Shown here in pieces: positions 62,244-64,000 of a stretch of 64,000 nt of DNA; within the stretch, counting starts at the first letter, position 1; every line of letters starts with the position of its first letter. Source of the stretch: Chloroflexota bacterium (GTDB lineage Bacteria > Chloroflexota > Anaerolineae > DTLA01); the NCBI GenBank assembly GCA_014874485.1, contig JADBJK010000055.1, positions 10,243 through 74,242 on the forward strand. The letters run 5' to 3'. The notes beneath the pieces were generated by a model. It did not search any database, had not been told where the DNA came from, and was given only the letters and a program-made list of their open reading frames with translations. The translations under genes and the position numbers were made by a program.

Positions 62244-63164
62244 ATGCTGAGATACATCGTGCGAAGACTCTTGTGGATGATTCCGGTATTGCTGTTCATC
62301 TCCATTGTAACCTTTGCGTTGTCGCACGCGGTGCCAGGTGGCCCATTTGACCGCGAGAAGAAACTTCCGCCGGAAGTGGTGGCCAACCTGGAGAAGTACT
62401 ATGGACTGGACAAACCCCTGTACCAGCAATACCTGAATTATATTGGCAATATTGTTACGAAGTTTGATTTTGGCCCGTCCATGCGGCAACGCGGCCGCAC
62501 CGTCAATGAGATTTTCGCAGATCACCTGCCGATTTCGGCGCAGTTGGGCGTGTTGGCGCTTCTCGTAGCACTTGTCATCGGGATTCCGCTGGGGATTGTG
62601 GCTGCGCTGAAACAGAACACGTTCTGGGACTATCTCGGGATGGGGATTGCGGTGTTCGGGGTTTCTGTGCCGAACATTGTGCTGGGCCCGCTGCTCATCT
62701 GGATTTTCGCGCTGGCCCTGGGCTGGTTCCCGGTCGCAGGCTGGGGCAAGCCGTCGCAGATGGTCCTGCCCTCCATTGCCCTGGGGCTGGGCTCCTCGGC
62801 CATCATCGGGCGACTCACCCGCGCCAGCATGTTGCAGGTGATCCGCGAGGACTACATCCGCACGGCCCGCGCCAAAGGGCTCACGGAGCGCGTGATCATG
62901 GTCCGCCACGCCCTCAAGAATGCTTTCATCCCTGTAGCGACGGTGCTGGGGCCCATGTTCGCCGCGCTGACCACCGGCACCTTCGTGGTGGAGCAAATCT
63001 TCGCGATTCCAGGGATGGGCAAGTACTTCATCACCAGCGTAACCAACCGCGACTACGCGGTGGTGATGGGCACGACGCTCCTGTACGCCGTGTTCCTGGT
63101 CATCGCAAACCTGGCTGTGGACATTACGTACGCATTCCTAGATCCGCGTATTCGCTATACATAA
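62244..63164 (+). CDS. ABC transporter permease (DppB/OppB-like)
   Basis: MLRYIVRRLLWMIPVLLFISIVTFAL..., EAA-like loop. Confidence 0.9.
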   Translation: MLRYIVRRLLWMIPVLLFISIVTFALSHAVPGGPFDREKKLPPEVVANLEKYYGLDKPLYQQYLNYIGNIVTKFDFGPSMRQRGRTVNEIFADHLPISAQLGVLALLVALVIGIPLGIVAALKQNTFWDYLGMGIAVFGVSVPNIVLGPLLIWIFALALGWFPVAGWGKPSQMVLPSIALGLGSSAIIGRLTRASMLQVIREDYIRTARAKGLTERVIMVRHALKNAFIPVATVLGPMFAALTTGTFVVEQIFAIPGMGKYFITSVTNRDYAVVMGTTLLYAVFLVIANLAVDITYAFLDPRIRYT

Positions 63165-63249
63165 CCTAAGACCGCTCGCCGCCCAGGCCACTGCACACGG
63201 AAAGTCGCCGGATGCGAGTGGCCGGGATAGAGCGTGAGGAGGAGATAGA

Positions 63250-64000
63250 ATGACCGTTCAAGAGCGAGCCGCCAGCCGACTTACGGCACGCGAGCAGCGC
63301 GAGACCAACCTGTGGGCCGACGCGTTCCGAAGGCTCATCCGCAACCGTGCGGCGTTGGTCGGCGGCCTCATTGTCCTTGGCCTGATCCTGACGGCCATCT
63401 TCGCGCCCCAAATCGCGCCGATGCACTACGCCGAGGGCGATTCGTACAACGCCCTGACCGTGCCTTCCTGGCTGGCACCCTTCCTGCCCATCAAGAACAT
63501 CCAGTCGTATGCCAAGATCAACAACAATTTCCTGCTCGGTTCTGACGAACTGGGCCGAGACATCTTCAGTCGCATCGTCTATGGCACGCGGGTCTCGCTG
63601 CCCGTGGGGTTCATGGGTGCCCTCACAGCCCTCATTATCGGCCTGGCTTATGGCTGCATTTCCGGCTACTACGGTGGCAAGGTGGACAACATCATGATGC
63701 GCATTGTGGACATCATGTACGCTTTCCCCACGATGCTGCTCATCATCCTGCTCATGGCGTTCTTCAAGTCCACCTTCGCCCAAGTCCAGGAGCCGGGCAC
63801 AATCGCCTACACCTTCAACCAAATCAACAAGGTCGTGGACCGATTCCTGGGCCTGCAGGGTGGGGGCATGCTGTTCATCTTCATGGGCATCGGCCTGACC
63901 GCGTGGATGGGCATGGCCCGTCTGGCGCGCGGGCAGATTCTCTCCCTGAAGGAGAAGGAGTTCATTGAGGCGGCCCACACCGTGGGCGCGGGGGATTTGC
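63250..64000 (+). CDS. ABC transporter permease (DppC/OppC-like), 3' end outside the window
   Basis: A GAGGAGG RBS then ATG at 63250; the translation MTVQERAASRL...LIVLGLILTAIFAPQIAP...LGSDELGRDIFSRIVYGTRVSL is typical. It is not in the track because the frame runs off the window. Confidence 0.85.
   Translation, partial: MTVQERAASRLTAREQRETNLWADAFRRLIRNRAALVGGLIVLGLILTAIFAPQIAPMHYAEGDSYNALTVPSWLAPFLPIKNIQSYAKINNNFLLGSDELGRDIFSRIVYGTRVSLPVGFMGALTALIIGLAYGCISGYYGGKVDNIMMRIVDIMYAFPTMLLIILLMAFFKSTFAQVQEPGTIAYTFNQINKVVDRFLGLQGGGMLFIFMGIGLTAWMGMARLARGQILSLKEKEFIEAAHTVGAGDL

Overview
This window is a high-GC (roughly 65%) bacterial chromosomal segment. Codon usage, an archaeal-type ProS, a T-box leader and a sortase point to Chloroflexota, but that is an inference, not a search result.

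Gene content:
- Replication and housekeeping genes: gyrB (partial at the 5' edge), a SigA/RpoD-like sigma factor, ftsH, proS, dnaN, recF, rsmG, dnaA, queA and tRNA-Val(CAC). The usual dnaA-dnaN-recF-gyrB order is scrambled, with dnaN-recF about 4 kb upstream of dnaA.
- An arsenic-type block: ACR3, a thioredoxin-like protein and a duplicated ArsP/COG0701-like permease.
- A separate ArsR (CVC type) operon: ArsR, a small Fe-S (CX2CX4CX16C) protein and a triple glutaredoxin-like/CcdA fusion.
- Two tandem DapA-family/formaldehyde-activating-enzyme fusion paralogs.
- An ABC-2 exporter, a family-5 peptide ABC importer (partial at the 3' edge), several alpha/beta hydrolases, MurJ and a six-fold PA14 repeat protein.

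The strongest candidate for a new system is a clearly low-GC, horizontally acquired two-gene cassette at about 21.0-22.6 kb, wedged next to queA. It encodes a phage Gp37/Gp68 (DUF5131) three-Cys protein translationally coupled to its TcmP partner.

Next, a degenerate 5'-nucleotidase-like gene carries an in-frame TGA followed by two hairpins, next to a YqeB-family selenium-dependent molybdenum-hydroxylase accessory gene.

The intergenic space is saturated with several families of small palindromic (MITE/REP-like) repeats, including two 6 x 78-bp tandem arrays in convergent intergenic regions.

Between dnaN and recF there is a tandem promoter-hairpin-terminator unit that looks like a small RNA gene.

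Many long ORFs in the six-frame track are antisense or repeat-spanning artefacts of the high GC content; I rejected them.
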